From positions 1,262 to 65,261 of the IMG/VR virus record IMGVR_UViG_3300014043_000154: 64,000 bases of DNA; one strand, 5' to 3'. The DNA comes from a virus. Its lineage: Duplodnaviria > Caudoviricetes. The position numbers and the translations under genes were made by a program. The notes under the pieces are model-generated. The model made no database searches. It was not told where the DNA came from and saw only the letters and a list, made by a program, of their open reading frames with translations. This document shows positions 52,654 to 62,702 of this stretch, piece after piece. How positions within the stretch are numbered: the first letter of the stretch is position 1; each line of letters opens with the position of its first letter.

Positions 52654-54117
52654 CTATTCTTTCGGAAAAAGAGAATCCGCATCAGGAAGCGGTGCAGGCA
52701 TCATTTCCTTTGCTTCTTCCTCTGAGCAGCCGAAGTACCATGCAAGGAACAGCTCCGGCTTGAGTTTGTTCGCCATGACCATCGACCAACGCCTCTGGTA
52801 TTCAACGTCTGTATCTTCAAGAACTCCATCTCCGAATGTTATTGTTGTTTCGACATTTCCTGCAGGGCAGATATTGTAAAGGACAGCTATCTCCTGTATA
52901 GCCATGGAGAGTTGCTGAAGGCCGTTGTTCCACTCATCCTGCATGAGTGATACGGTATTGAAAGAACGCTGTTTGGACATCTTGATTTCCGTTGCGGTCT
53001 TCTCGATCTCCTGTGCATGGCTCAGGGTGCCGTATGCAAGGCCGCACAGCCACTCGATCTTATACAGATGCTCATTGAGTCCATTGAACTGCGACTGATC
53101 ACGGATCTGCGGAAGGTATGGCTCGAACATTGTCTTTGACTCGTGCATCCCGCTGTGATACAGGCGGAAGAGGCGTTCCCTTCCAGCCGGAAGCATTGGT
53201 CTTCCGGTTCTGTCCTCGTCGAACAGTGTCTCATCTGCGTCGACAGCAGCCTCCGTCGCTTCGTACTCCCAGAGCACACGGCCGTACTGTTCGTCAGCGG
53301 CCTGTATCTGTTCCTCTGCAAGTGAAAAAACACTGACGCCGAGCGGCGATTCAACATCCACCGTGTTCGGCATCGGCACCTTGATGTACGTAAAGAGCGG
53401 AACCTTCATGTTGCTCATCTCGACTTCCGGCTGTAAGGCCGACCACTCTTCCACATCTGTCAGCGGGATCTCCCTTTGGAGGAGCGTATCCAGCTCTATC
53501 CGGTCCAGACCACTGATCGACGGGTTCCGCGCCACATAGGCTTTGTTCCTTACTCTGTATTTCGTTCCTTTCAGCTCGTGGATCTCGAGCCTGGTGTAAA
53601 CATCCTCGCCGACCGTTTTGTACTGGACAAAAACGGCGGAGATGACATTGCCGTTACTGTCAAAGGATATCGGGTAGAACTTGTCTGCCTGCACCCATTC
53701 AACCCCAACTTTCGTCGGCATTCCGCTCTCATCCGGAACAGAAGGAAATGCCTTGGCCACGATTCCTCCTAAGGCACAATAGATAGACACATGCCGGAAC
53801 TTCTCCTTCAGCGCTTTCTTCATCTGCTCATCAACGAAGGTTGCCATCGCGGATCCGGACGATTCCATATGGAATTCCGTGAGGATCAGTCTTGCGAACT
53901 CCGCTGATATAGCTGCCGGGAGATTGAGGGTCTTAACATCTTTCTCCCCGCCTTTCCATAACGGCTCATCTTTATACATAGACAGCCAGAGCTCAATGCC
54001 GTTCTTCATGAGCTCTGACTCAGCGATTCTTACGCCAAGTTCTCTCTCGACACTGGCTCTTGGGAGCATCGATCTTACCCTCCTCTTAATCCAGTTCCAC
54101 ATCTCTGGGATATTCAC
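52654..54117 (-). CDS. Portal protein (A118/SPP1-like)
   Basis: LNLPA.I..EFARL, PLGVSVF, KTATEI, follows TerL. Confidence 0.9.
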   Translation of the reverse strand: MNIPEMWNWIKRRVRSMLPRASVERELGVRIAESELMKNGIELWLSMYKDEPLWKGGEKDVKTLNLPAAISAEFARLILTEFHMESSGSAMATFVDEQMKKALKEKFRHVSIYCALGGIVAKAFPSVPDESGMPTKVGVEWVQADKFYPISFDSNGNVISAVFVQYKTVGEDVYTRLEIHELKGTKYRVRNKAYVARNPSISGLDRIELDTLLQREIPLTDVEEWSALQPEVEMSNMKVPLFTYIKVPMPNTVDVESPLGVSVFSLAEEQIQAADEQYGRVLWEYEATEAAVDADETLFDEDRTGRPMLPAGRERLFRLYHSGMHESKTMFEPYLPQIRDQSQFNGLNEHLYKIEWLCGLAYGTLSHAQEIEKTATEIKMSKQRSFNTVSLMQDEWNNGLQQLSMAIQEIAVLYNICPAGNVETTITFGDGVLEDTDVEYQRRWSMVMANKLKPELFLAWYFGCSEEEAKEMMPAPLPDADSLFPKE

Positions 54118-54142
54118 GGTTTCCTCCGTCAGTTGCCAATTG

Positions 54143-55540
54143 TTACCTGTGTGTCTTACGCTTGATCATCCTCTCAATGAACCGCTCAAATGTGTATTCA
54201 AAAGCATCCATCGAATCAATGTCCGATGTTCCGTTATCGAGACGGATGTTCTGCGTTGGTTGCTGCGGGTCCCAGATCGCAGTACCAATCGCCCCCATGA
54301 GCGACCTGCAATCAGGCTCCACATAATAAAATCGCTCCTGCGCATACATGGCGGTCAGAGCGAATATTCTATCGTTTATGTATGTCTTGAGGGCATCTTC
54401 CACCCTCAGATTGATGCCGGCCTCGGCGAGTGCGTTCCTCATTCCTCGGATAAGGACCTGTTCTTCCGAATCGGCATATACTACTGTTACAAATCCGAAT
54501 ATCCTCTGGACATCACGGACGAACCTCAGAAAGAACTGATTGAATTCGTTCGGTCCTACGTCCGCAATACGCATCCCGGTATCTTCATCGTTACCGCCCT
54601 CAAGGTATCTCCGGCTCCTGAGAGCTATCATCTTCTCATAATTCCGTGTCAGGCCTGTTGCCACGAAGGCATGTCCAGATCCGTTCCCGCCGAAGTCAAC
54701 ACCTATGATGACCTTGACAATCTCCATCGACCTTGCCTGCTGTGCCGTAATGCTGTGCGGTTTTATCTGCCCGGCAGGAAGGGAAAATTCAGCAGCCATC
54801 TTCGGATATATGAGACCTTCAGCAATACATCTCTGGCCGAGAATGTCTCGGTTGTACCATATCGTCCCAGGCTCATACTGAGAGATAAACTCTTTACGTG
54901 ACTCTTCTGATATGTTGATGTTGTCGAAGATCGTGAACTGCTTGTAGTTGACGCCGCCGAGCATCTCTCCCTTTGCAGCCCTCTCAACATACTTGTCGAT
55001 GTACTCTGTGTAGATAGGTGAATTAGGATGATCTGGGTTCAGATCCCAAAAGAACTTCCTCCGATGGGATGCGAGTGTTCGGTTGAATGCCTCCTTGATG
55101 GTGTTGTCGTGATGCAGGTTAATCTCTGTCGCAATCCACATAGCCGGCGAAGATCCACGGAAGGACTTGAAACTGTCGGCCTTGCCACCGCCGCAGAAGA
55201 TGACTATCTTCTGCTCATAATGCGTGTCAGGTCCGCTGATGATAAGCGCCTCATTTCCTTTGTACTTTCCCCAATGACACTGATTGTGGAATATATGCTC
55301 CAGACCGAATCCGTTACAATCACCGATGTTCAGCTTCGCGATAGCTCCGGTACTCCCTGTTGCCAGGAATATTTTGTCTGGATGATCCTTCAGTTCGTAG
55401 GCGAACGCTTTCACGTTGTCCACCGTCTTACCGGCTCTGACTGCTCCCTCTGCGATATTGTAGGTGTTATCCTTGCACGCCCTGATATACTCGATGTGCT
55501 TCCGAGAGAAATTGAAGTCAATCGTCTTCCGACGCTTCAC
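54143..55540 (-). CDS. terL: Terminase large subunit (PBSX-type)
   Basis: EGAVRAGKT Walker A, DLNPDHP, GVDFG, D.MDA.EY; GTG start with GGAGGG RBS. Confidence 0.92.
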   Translation of the reverse strand: MKRRKTIDFNFSRKHIEYIRACKDNTYNIAEGAVRAGKTVDNVKAFAYELKDHPDKIFLATGSTGAIAKLNIGDCNGFGLEHIFHNQCHWGKYKGNEALIISGPDTHYEQKIVIFCGGGKADSFKSFRGSSPAMWIATEINLHHDNTIKEAFNRTLASHRRKFFWDLNPDHPNSPIYTEYIDKYVERAAKGEMLGGVNYKQFTIFDNINISEESRKEFISQYEPGTIWYNRDILGQRCIAEGLIYPKMAAEFSLPAGQIKPHSITAQQARSMEIVKVIIGVDFGGNGSGHAFVATGLTRNYEKMIALRSRRYLEGGNDEDTGMRIADVGPNEFNQFFLRFVRDVQRIFGFVTVVYADSEEQVLIRGMRNALAEAGINLRVEDALKTYINDRIFALTAMYAQERFYYVEPDCRSLMGAIGTAIWDPQQPTQNIRLDNGTSDIDSMDAFEYTFERFIERMIKRKTHR

Positions 55541-56612
55541 TTCCCTCCGCGTCTGCCGACACCGGAGAGTCCTGTGCGTTGTCCGCATCGTCCTCACCTC
55601 CATATATCAGTGCATCGATTTCCGACGCATCTTCGATTTCCAGATCTGTGCCGAGAAGTTTATTCGTCTGAGCATCGACCTGCTCGATGCGTGCGTCAAG
55701 GAGTTCAAGTTCAAGTTTGTCTTTTTCACGCACATGAGCAATCCGACTAACCTTGGAATCAAGTAGTTCAACTTCTCTCTTACTCTTTTCTTCCATGTTG
55801 CGAATTTGGCTAACACGAGCATCAAGAAGTTCAAGTTCAAGCTGTCGTTTCCTGTCTCTATGGCAAGCACTCTCCCTCGACTCTCTCAGATCTTCAAGCT
55901 GTTTGAGGTCAGCTGATATCTGTTTCTGGATGGATGTTAACTCCCTGTCCAAACGTGCGATAAGGTCAATCGTTGCCTCAGTCCTTGTATCCTTCTCCCC
56001 TTCCTCTCCAGGAAGTGCCACGCCGGCTGCCACAGCGATTTCCTTCACCCGTTTGTATTCCTGCTTCTCCTTCTCTCCTTCTTCTCCCTTTGCGAATACT
56101 CTTTCCTTCCGAATCTGGTTGATAGATGAGATATAGAGCGGGTCCTTCTTTTTCTCTTCGATGGCGGCCATGACACGCCTCTCACGAATCGTGAGCACCT
56201 GTATCTCCATGATGAGACGGTCTTCCGTATCGAAGTCAGACATATTCTCAAGGAGTTCCTTATCCTCATCTCCGAGGAAGTTGAAGAACACGGCTCGATA
56301 TGCCCCATGCTTGACGGCTTTTTGATTACGAGGAGCAGATGATTTATTCCCGACAGCGTTCTTGTTACCCTTCGGCGCCCCTCTCTTCTTTTTCCGAGCG
56401 TTCGTTTTCTTGCTCGCCTTTTTGGCTGGTTTCTTATCAGGCTTCTTTTTTTCCGAACGTTCGGATTTATCTGCGTCCCACTTCTGGGTTGACTTCCAGC
56501 GTCGGACAGTGCCCGCGGGGACTCCAAGTTCCTCAGCAATATCTTTGAGCAGCTTCCCGTCATGATACATCTGCTCAGCTTTTATGCTGTCTGGACTTCT
56601 TGCCCTTGGCAT
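55518..56612 (-). CDS. terS: Terminase small subunit (N-terminal HTH) with 21-aa repeats
   Basis: LKDIAEELGV..GTVRRWKS..KW, GAP.GNKNA.G, KHG. Confidence 0.85.
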   Translation of the reverse strand: MPRARSPDSIKAEQMYHDGKLLKDIAEELGVPAGTVRRWKSTQKWDADKSERSEKKKPDKKPAKKASKKTNARKKKRGAPKGNKNAVGNKSSAPRNQKAVKHGAYRAVFFNFLGDEDKELLENMSDFDTEDRLIMEIQVLTIRERRVMAAIEEKKKDPLYISSINQIRKERVFAKGEEGEKEKQEYKRVKEIAVAAGVALPGEEGEKDTRTEATIDLIARLDRELTSIQKQISADLKQLEDLRESRESACHRDRKRQLELELLDARVSQIRNMEEKSKREVELLDSKVSRIAHVREKDKLELELLDARIEQVDAQTNKLLGTDLEIEDASEIDALIYGGEDDADNAQDSPVSADAEGSEASEDD

Positions 56613-56653
56613 TGTCCGTCTCCCTCCTTTGTGTGTTTTGGCAGGACAGCAGA

Positions 56654-56685
56654 AAGGAAGACGGTTTGGGGATTCCGTCTTCCTT
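56654..56685. terminator. 11-bp inverted repeat between the ParB gene and terS
   Basis: AAGGAAGACGG-N10-CCGTCTTCCTT. Confidence 0.5.
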
Positions 56686-56758
56686 GGTGTGTTCTACTAT
56701 CCCTATAACATATTCGCTCTGAATTATCTGACATCATACGATTATGGCAGGTCGTTTA

Positions 56759-57277
56759 TTACATCTTTGTCAGAAATTCAGCTTTTGAATATTCATTCTT
56801 GCCGCTCGCCATCATCTTCAAGAAATCATCCTTTGAGAAATCCGACAGGCGGAATATCTCTTCCGGCTTCATGCCGAGCTGTTTGCCGATCTCATCAACC
56901 GATTTTCCCTCATCCATCAGCTCTTTCACGATCTTCTTCATCGGTTCGAGCAAGTGCGTACCTCTCGCCCTGTTGTGCGTGACGGTTCCGTATATGTCCT
57001 CGGAGTGTTCCTTATGTGCAACAATCACGATAGGAACCATACCACCGAGCATGCGCATCATATCTGGTTCACCGGCAACTGTCCACCGGTGGAATCCATC
57101 AATGATTGTCCTGTCAGGCCTGCACACGATCGGGAGCGTCCACCCATTCGTCAGGATGGACTGTTTGAGGAGCTTGAGGTTCTCTTTAGAGACCACATTC
57201 GGGTTATAATCATTCGGTTTCACGGTTTCCCTGGGCACCCACTGCAGCGTCGCGAGAGGAGCTCTCAGATCATTCAT
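56759..57277 (-). CDS. IbrB-like ParB/Srx-domain protein
   Basis: PNDYNPN, GWTLPIV, IIDGFHR, TVTHNRARG.H. Confidence 0.85.
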   Translation of the reverse strand: MNDLRAPLATLQWVPRETVKPNDYNPNVVSKENLKLLKQSILTNGWTLPIVCRPDRTIIDGFHRWTVAGEPDMMRMLGGMVPIVIVAHKEHSEDIYGTVTHNRARGTHLLEPMKKIVKELMDEGKSVDEIGKQLGMKPEEIFRLSDFSKDDFLKMMASGKNEYSKAEFLTKM

Positions 57278-58416
57278 GGCCGTTTCGCCTCCTTTCGTTT
57301 AGCTTCCTGTATATATTTGCCATATATACGTGTGTAGAGTGCCCGGTATGTCCTCAGCTTCGGGTCACCGGACATCAGTCCTTCATAAATCATCTTATAG
57401 TCAGCATTGGTTGCCACCTTTGAGACGTTCATGAAGAACCTCTGGTATCTTGATGCAACATACCTGTGATGTTCGTTCGGGAAATATCTTTCAGGGTTCT
57501 TGAATACCTCTATGAGTTCCGCTTTGTAATCACGGTCGCTCTCGGTTTCAAGCCTCCTGCGCTTTCTCGAAGTACGGCCGAACATCTCACTGTCCCAATA
57601 GAGGGCTGCGAGATATGCGTTCGGCTCCCTGCGTATGACACGTTCCATGAGGTCAGGATAATACTCGTTCATCTTGACCAGGCTCCTTGCCGTATCCACA
57701 GAGAAGAACTGCGATACTCGGAGCTGCTGTTTGCTGGATCCTGACTGCCACAGATACAGGTATATATCCGGGATGTTCACATGGTTCTCATAGAGGAACT
57801 TCCAGACATCCCCGTTCGTCCAGTCATAGATCGGGAACACGGCGTGCTTGTTCGTCATTGTCCGTCCCGCTCTAAGCATCGATGCGATATTGGTCAATCT
57901 CTGAATCGATTCTGCGGCCCGTACACCCGTTATTGTGATGCCGGACGTACAGATACGAGGCAGGAAATCCTGATATGCATCAATCCTCGGATTCAGTTTC
58001 GGATGTGTCCGTATTGCGAATGGGGGAGGCTGTCTCACCCAAACATCTTTCTTCGTGCTGTCCCAACAGATGAACGTCTCATCGTTGGTCAGGGAATTGA
58101 AGCAGTTGAAGTGCTTGACTTCCACGCAAAACCATTCAAACGCCGCGCCCACCATGAGGAACTTCTTCCGCCAGTTGCGAACCGTTTGTTCTATACACGG
58201 GAATATCGCCTCCTCATCAATGAACTGGACTGTTAATTGCTTCGGGTTGATCTCGCCTCTCTGGATGAGCTGCATGGTTATCTCCGCCATGCACAATGTA
58301 TCTTTCCCTCCGGAGAAGCTCATAAAGACGGGCAGGCCGTTATTGAAGACGTTCTTTATGCGGATCTCAGCCGCCTTCACGACATCAATGCTCGCCTTGC
58401 ATCTCTTTATAGCCAA
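57274..58416 (-). CDS. IbrA-like PAPS-reductase-family (PP-loop) protein
   Basis: SFSGGKD, DEEAIFP, TGVRAAES..R, PIYDW...DVW, LRVSQ. Confidence 0.85.
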   Translation of the reverse strand: MAIKRCKASIDVVKAAEIRIKNVFNNGLPVFMSFSGGKDTLCMAEITMQLIQRGEINPKQLTVQFIDEEAIFPCIEQTVRNWRKKFLMVGAAFEWFCVEVKHFNCFNSLTNDETFICWDSTKKDVWVRQPPPFAIRTHPKLNPRIDAYQDFLPRICTSGITITGVRAAESIQRLTNIASMLRAGRTMTNKHAVFPIYDWTNGDVWKFLYENHVNIPDIYLYLWQSGSSKQQLRVSQFFSVDTARSLVKMNEYYPDLMERVIRREPNAYLAALYWDSEMFGRTSRKRRRLETESDRDYKAELIEVFKNPERYFPNEHHRYVASRYQRFFMNVSKVATNADYKMIYEGLMSGDPKLRTYRALYTRIYGKYIQEAKRKEAKRP

Positions 58417-59036
58417 ATGCGTTCACCGCACTTCGGGCAGATAACAAAACGTCCGGTCTCCGCTCTCTCCGGATCGTCCGCAGGAGCAGTCCCCTGCGCT
58501 TCCGTGTTCTGTGCCGGTGCGGGCTGTGCGACAGGCTGCGGAGAGGCGGTTTCCCTTTCTTCCTCGCGGCGTGTCTGTTCCCTGATGGTATCGATCTCCG
58601 ACTGATCAAGAGTGCCATAATTGGAGATCTGTTCGGTCAGCTCATCGGCGTCCGCGAACATCTGTCTCAGGATGTCCTCATCATATCCAGGAATATCGAG
58701 GTCACCCTGCAGTTCGGATAAAAATTCGTTCAGAGTGTCCATGTTTTCTATCCCCAGATTGAATATCTTGTTGTCGGCGATCATCAGTTTCTTTTTCTGT
58801 GCGCTCGTCAGATCATCATATTTATATACCCTCGCTTCCTCGATACCGAGGCGCATGAGGGTCAGATACAATCCGTTCCCCGCGAGTATCTCATTGTTCT
58901 CATCCACGACGATGGGGCGGATCTGGCCGAACATCCTGATTGATTTCTCAAATTCTTTCAGCTGTTGGTCTGTGTGTATGCGGACATTGCGCTCAGGCGC
59001 TTTGAGGTCCGCGACTTTCATTACTAATTCCTGCAT
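58407..59036 (-). CDS. ParB N-terminal domain protein with C-terminal zinc ribbon
   Basis: N.R.H...Q....SI..FGQ.RPIVVDE...ILAGNG, IADNK, CPKCG. Confidence 0.85.
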   Translation of the reverse strand: MQELVMKVADLKAPERNVRIHTDQQLKEFEKSIRMFGQIRPIVVDENNEILAGNGLYLTLMRLGIEEARVYKYDDLTSAQKKKLMIADNKIFNLGIENMDTLNEFLSELQGDLDIPGYDEDILRQMFADADELTEQISNYGTLDQSEIDTIREQTRREEERETASPQPVAQPAPAQNTEAQGTAPADDPERAETGRFVICPKCGERIWL

Positions 59037-59079
59037 TATTCCTCCGATCTGGAGGAGCAATGGGACCGCCTGCAAGCGG

Positions 59080-59838
59080 TCATTCAATTCCGAGCGTTCG
59101 CTTTGCGTTCTCAGCGAGTTCACTGTCTATGGCTGCGATTTCTTCCCATCCGTTACCATGCGTCCACTGCCTTGCCGGCCATGGATGCGTTCCGCACAGA
59201 TATCCGTTATGCCATCCATAGATGGGCGGCATGTCCAGTCCATGGTAATGGATATATGCGAGGATGGCTTCATGTGGCCATTCGGACAGGGGGCTGTATC
59301 TGGTCACTCCCTCGTTCGCATTGGTATAGATATTCGTCCCCCGGCCTACAAAGTTCCCGTCTGCCTTTCGCCTGCCGAGCAGGATCATATCAAGGCTGTG
59401 CGCCTTATAATACTTCGCCTGGGCGCGGTGCTGAACGATATGGAACCACTGGGCTGCCTTCTGGCTCGTATCCGGGAAAAGCATTCCCATGTGCTTTTTC
59501 AGCCATTCGAGGTCCTGTCCCGTATTGATGATCTCACATCCTTCAGGGGCGTTCTCCCTTACCCATGAATCAAAGGCGGGGTATTCAAGGTTCGTTACGG
59601 CGATCATGCTCTCATGGATTCCGGCTTTCTCACAGATGTCCCCGAGGACGATGCTGTCCTTGCCTGCGCTCCACGCATATGCGGCATGCTTATCCCCCAC
59701 GGTAGCCTTGATTTCTTCAATCGTCTGGCCGACGAGCTCATCCAGCTCAGGACGGGTGACATATTCCTCGATATGCACCATGGCTTCAAGCCAGCTCAGG
59801 TTGTCGATGTTCTGTTTCCTTCCGAGGACTTTCTTCAT
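59080..59838 (-). CDS. Second PAPS-reductase-family (PP-loop) protein
   Basis: AWSAGKDS, LGRRKADG, SPLSEW.HE.ILAYI. Confidence 0.8.
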   Translation of the reverse strand: MKKVLGRKQNIDNLSWLEAMVHIEEYVTRPELDELVGQTIEEIKATVGDKHAAYAWSAGKDSIVLGDICEKAGIHESMIAVTNLEYPAFDSWVRENAPEGCEIINTGQDLEWLKKHMGMLFPDTSQKAAQWFHIVQHRAQAKYYKAHSLDMILLGRRKADGNFVGRGTNIYTNANEGVTRYSPLSEWPHEAILAYIHYHGLDMPPIYGWHNGYLCGTHPWPARQWTHGNGWEEIAAIDSELAENAKRTLGIE

Positions 59839-61244
59839 GCACTCACCTCCTGCCTGACCTTTGAAGCAGCTACCGCAATGATCCCGGAGATGAGCACTGT
59901 ATAAAGCGCAGCGCACGATTTCAGCACGGACAGGTTATTGATCGTCGCATATGCGAAAACAGGAAGTCCGGTCAAAAGAGAGACGCTGACACCTGCTACG
60001 ATTGCGCCTGCCCTCAGTTTCTTGCCGAGCAGTGTCATGACCGTCGGCAGGAGCGTGGTCGCTCTCAATGTTCCGTAGACAAGAAACATCTTCGTGACCG
60101 TCAGTCCAGGAATATTGGCGATTAATATGCCTACGACCAGCAGGCCGACCATGACACCCTTTGAGAACCGCATTTTTCCTGCATCATCTAACTTGCCGGT
60201 AACTTGCCAGTCTGTCGTAAGGGATGCCGCGGCACACAGATTACTGTCCACTGTCGAGAGCAATCCGCTCATCAGCATGAAGATGAACGGTACGACCACC
60301 CATGCCGGGAACAGATGCTGAATCAGTTCCAGATTGACCGTCCCTGTGTCCTGTGCTGTAAATCCCGAACCTGCAGCTATGAATCCGAGTATTCCCATAC
60401 TGAGCGGAACCAATCCGAACAGGAAGGCACCGAGCGCAAACGCACGCCCTATCTTCTTCTCGTCAATACTGAACGCCCTCTGCCAGAAGCACTGGTCTCC
60501 GAACGGACCGGAAACGAGCCCTATCGCAGTGGGAAGTCCAAATCCTATCAGAACCTCGATTCCCTTCCCGCTGAACAGACTGGCGTACTCACCAGATGCG
60601 CCTGTGAAGCCTCTCGTCATGTTTTCGATGCCGTGCGGGTTTCCCAATGCCCACGGGACAAAAACGGCGCATGCGGCCAATATGAGGACCATCTGAACGA
60701 CGTCCGTCATGACCGATGCGCGTATCCCTGAGAACTGCGAGTATGAATATGCGATGACCGCCAGCAGAACCGTGACAAGGGTAAAGTCAAGGCCTGTCGT
60801 TACGCTGAGTATCTTGCCCCCTGCAAGGAGCTGGACAGCGGTCGACAGGATCGTGAGGCCTGCGAGCTGGACACCGTAGACCTTACGTACGCCTTCGCTC
60901 CGGTATTCGTGCCCCATGAATCCCGAGAGCGTGATGCCGTCCGGCATCCTCTTACGGATGCGTTCCGCGAAGGGTATGAAGAACAGCAGGCATAAAACAT
61001 TCGGTACGAGGAACCAGAACAGGCCGGGCACACCATTGATATAGGCCTTTTCCGCAGAAGTGAAGAGCGCCGGCGCCCAGATCCATGTCGCTGCAATCGA
61101 CATGGCGGATGCCACAGCCCCCATCTTCCTGTTGCCGACATAGAAGTCATCGGCACCGTTCCCCTTCCGTGCAAAGAGTAATGTTGCGGCCATCATGACC
61201 GCGAAGTACACAAACAGCAGTATCAGTCCATTAAATCCATTCAT
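59835..61244 (-). CDS. Sodium:solute symporter family transporter
   Basis: DFYVGNR, SIAATWIWA, G.RASVMTD..Q, SGLLST.DS; about 13 TM segments. Confidence 0.88.
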   Translation of the reverse strand: MNGFNGLILLFVYFAVMMAATLLFARKGNGADDFYVGNRKMGAVASAMSIAATWIWAPALFTSAEKAYINGVPGLFWFLVPNVLCLLFFIPFAERIRKRMPDGITLSGFMGHEYRSEGVRKVYGVQLAGLTILSTAVQLLAGGKILSVTTGLDFTLVTVLLAVIAYSYSQFSGIRASVMTDVVQMVLILAACAVFVPWALGNPHGIENMTRGFTGASGEYASLFSGKGIEVLIGFGLPTAIGLVSGPFGDQCFWQRAFSIDEKKIGRAFALGAFLFGLVPLSMGILGFIAAGSGFTAQDTGTVNLELIQHLFPAWVVVPFIFMLMSGLLSTVDSNLCAAASLTTDWQVTGKLDDAGKMRFSKGVMVGLLVVGILIANIPGLTVTKMFLVYGTLRATTLLPTVMTLLGKKLRAGAIVAGVSVSLLTGLPVFAYATINNLSVLKSCAALYTVLISGIIAVAASKVRQEVSA

Positions 61245-61322
61245 TGATATTCTCCTTTTTTGATTTTCGAAGAAACACCCGGCCGTTGTGAATCCTGCCT
61301 CCTTCCCACGGTATGAATGGAA

Positions 61323-61386
61323 AAGCCCCCGGGGGATACCCAGGGGCTTCATGGCAATGACGTGATTTTGCTTTTTTAGCATATCA
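61323..61386 (-). promoter_or_regulatory. Extended -10 promoter and leader hairpin of the symporter operon
   Basis: TGATATGCT (61386-61378); AAGCCCC/GGGGCTT hairpin at 61323-61349. Confidence 0.5.
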
Positions 61387-61470
61387 CAATCCGTGAATTA
61401 AAGAAAGACTAAAATCGCATTTTCCGCGAACTGTTCTTACATACCGTATATTTTCAACAAATATCACCTC

Positions 61471-62097
61471 TTATGTTGTGAATTTCAGCCCATCTACCCC
61501 AAAAATCAGGGATGCAAGACTCTCCTCTGCAACGGCAAGGTCCGAATAGAGTGTGGGGAGGGTGACCCCCAGTTTTGCCGCGGCTTCCGACATCTTGAGC
61601 TTCGTGACATTCAGGTAAACGATCTGCACTGCGCGGTACCTTCTTTTCTCGCGATCGCCATGGGCGTAGCAGAAGGACTTATACACCTCTATCATCCTGT
61701 CCACATGGGCCAGTATGACCGCGGTCTTTTCAGATGACTGCCTGATCGCATCAACGACACAACGGTCGTCACCCTTCATCAGCATGAGGATGTCAAGTTC
61801 TTCAGACGCACGCTTTGCGACCTCACGATTCCAGACAGCCTCCTCGCATCCCTTTTTGAGCATTCGGTAATTGCGCAGGAGAAGCTTTGTATTCCGCAGA
61901 CGCCTGTCCTTGAACGCCTTCGTCTTATCCGCATACGCATACTCCATCTCACGAACCGTCTCCGCCGCGGTCTCGAAAGCCGTCTTACGGATAAGTGCAC
62001 CCAGCTCTTCCTCGGTCATAACGATAAAACGGTTATGCAACTCGTCATCCGGTAAAGCCGTCGTGACTTCCGCCTTATTCTCCGGCATTACTCTCAC
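61471..62097 (-). CDS. Late-gene transcriptional activator (RinA/ArpU-like, sigma70-r4 HTH)
   Basis: NTKLLLRNYR, C-terminal HTH SEAAAKLGV...TLYSD; end of early operon. Confidence 0.7.
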   Translation of the reverse strand: MRVMPENKAEVTTALPDDELHNRFIVMTEEELGALIRKTAFETAAETVREMEYAYADKTKAFKDRRLRNTKLLLRNYRMLKKGCEEAVWNREVAKRASEELDILMLMKGDDRCVVDAIRQSSEKTAVILAHVDRMIEVYKSFCYAHGDREKRRYRAVQIVYLNVTKLKMSEAAAKLGVTLPTLYSDLAVAEESLASLIFGVDGLKFTT

Positions 62098-62482
62098 CTC
62101 CCTTGATGATGCTGGCGATCTCTGCCTTCATTGCATTGAATTCATCTGCGCTGACCTTCGGCCCGAAAGCTGCTCTTGCCGCGTCCAGTGCCTCCATAGC
62201 ACCGCACACTTCGCAGATCTGCGTCTTATTATCCTTTCTGGATATGCACCCTACCCGGATATACTTCTCATTACAAACAGGGCATATCTTGATCTCGTTC
62301 TTCGCCATAGCTTCGTCCATTACCTCCGGAAAATCGAAAATGCTGACCTGTCCTGGCAGTTGCTTCCTGCGGTGCACGACTTCTGTGCCTGTCTCTTTCG
62401 CCCAGCATTCCGGCCCATATCCGCGCTTCCGGCTTTCCGGATCCGTAAGCTTACGCCCACAGCGCCTGCATTTTACATCCAT
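62075..62482 (-). CDS. DUF6011-like zinc finger plus second CxxC domain
   Basis: CRRCGRKLTDPESR.RGYGPEC; GQVSIFDF; CPVC...CEVC. Confidence 0.75.
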   Translation of the reverse strand: MDVKCRRCGRKLTDPESRKRGYGPECWAKETGTEVVHRRKQLPGQVSIFDFPEVMDEAMAKNEIKICPVCNEKYIRVGCISRKDNKTQICEVCGAMEALDAARAAFGPKVSADEFNAMKAEIASIIKGGESNAGE

Positions 62483-62485
62483 TAG

Positions 62486-62692
62486 TTACCTGTATTCCTT
62501 TCCCGTGTGCCTGTCCCGGAAGGTGATGCGTCCTACGATCTCGAGCCCGACAAGGCTGGCAGCCTGCTTGAAGATATACATCAGTGAAGTGATGTCATTT
62601 TTCACGTTCTGCTCTTTTTCCCACTCTTTCCTTGAGATATTTGCCATTGCACCGCCTACCGTAGGATCGTTATATCCTTCTCCGTTCTTCAT
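62486..62692 (-). CDS. Conserved small phage protein
   Basis: KN.EGY.DPT...A, GLEIVGRI. Confidence 0.7.
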   Translation of the reverse strand: MKNGEGYNDPTVGGAMANISRKEWEKEQNVKNDITSLMYIFKQAASLVGLEIVGRITFRDRHTGKEYR

Positions 62693-62702
62693 CTTGTGCC
62701 TC

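Noticed and set aside
61282-61291. TCACAACGGC resembling the start of the SAM/SAH riboswitch aptamer (from memory)
   Set aside because: The following UUCCUGGCGUG half and closing stem are absent; a 10-nt match is compatible with chance
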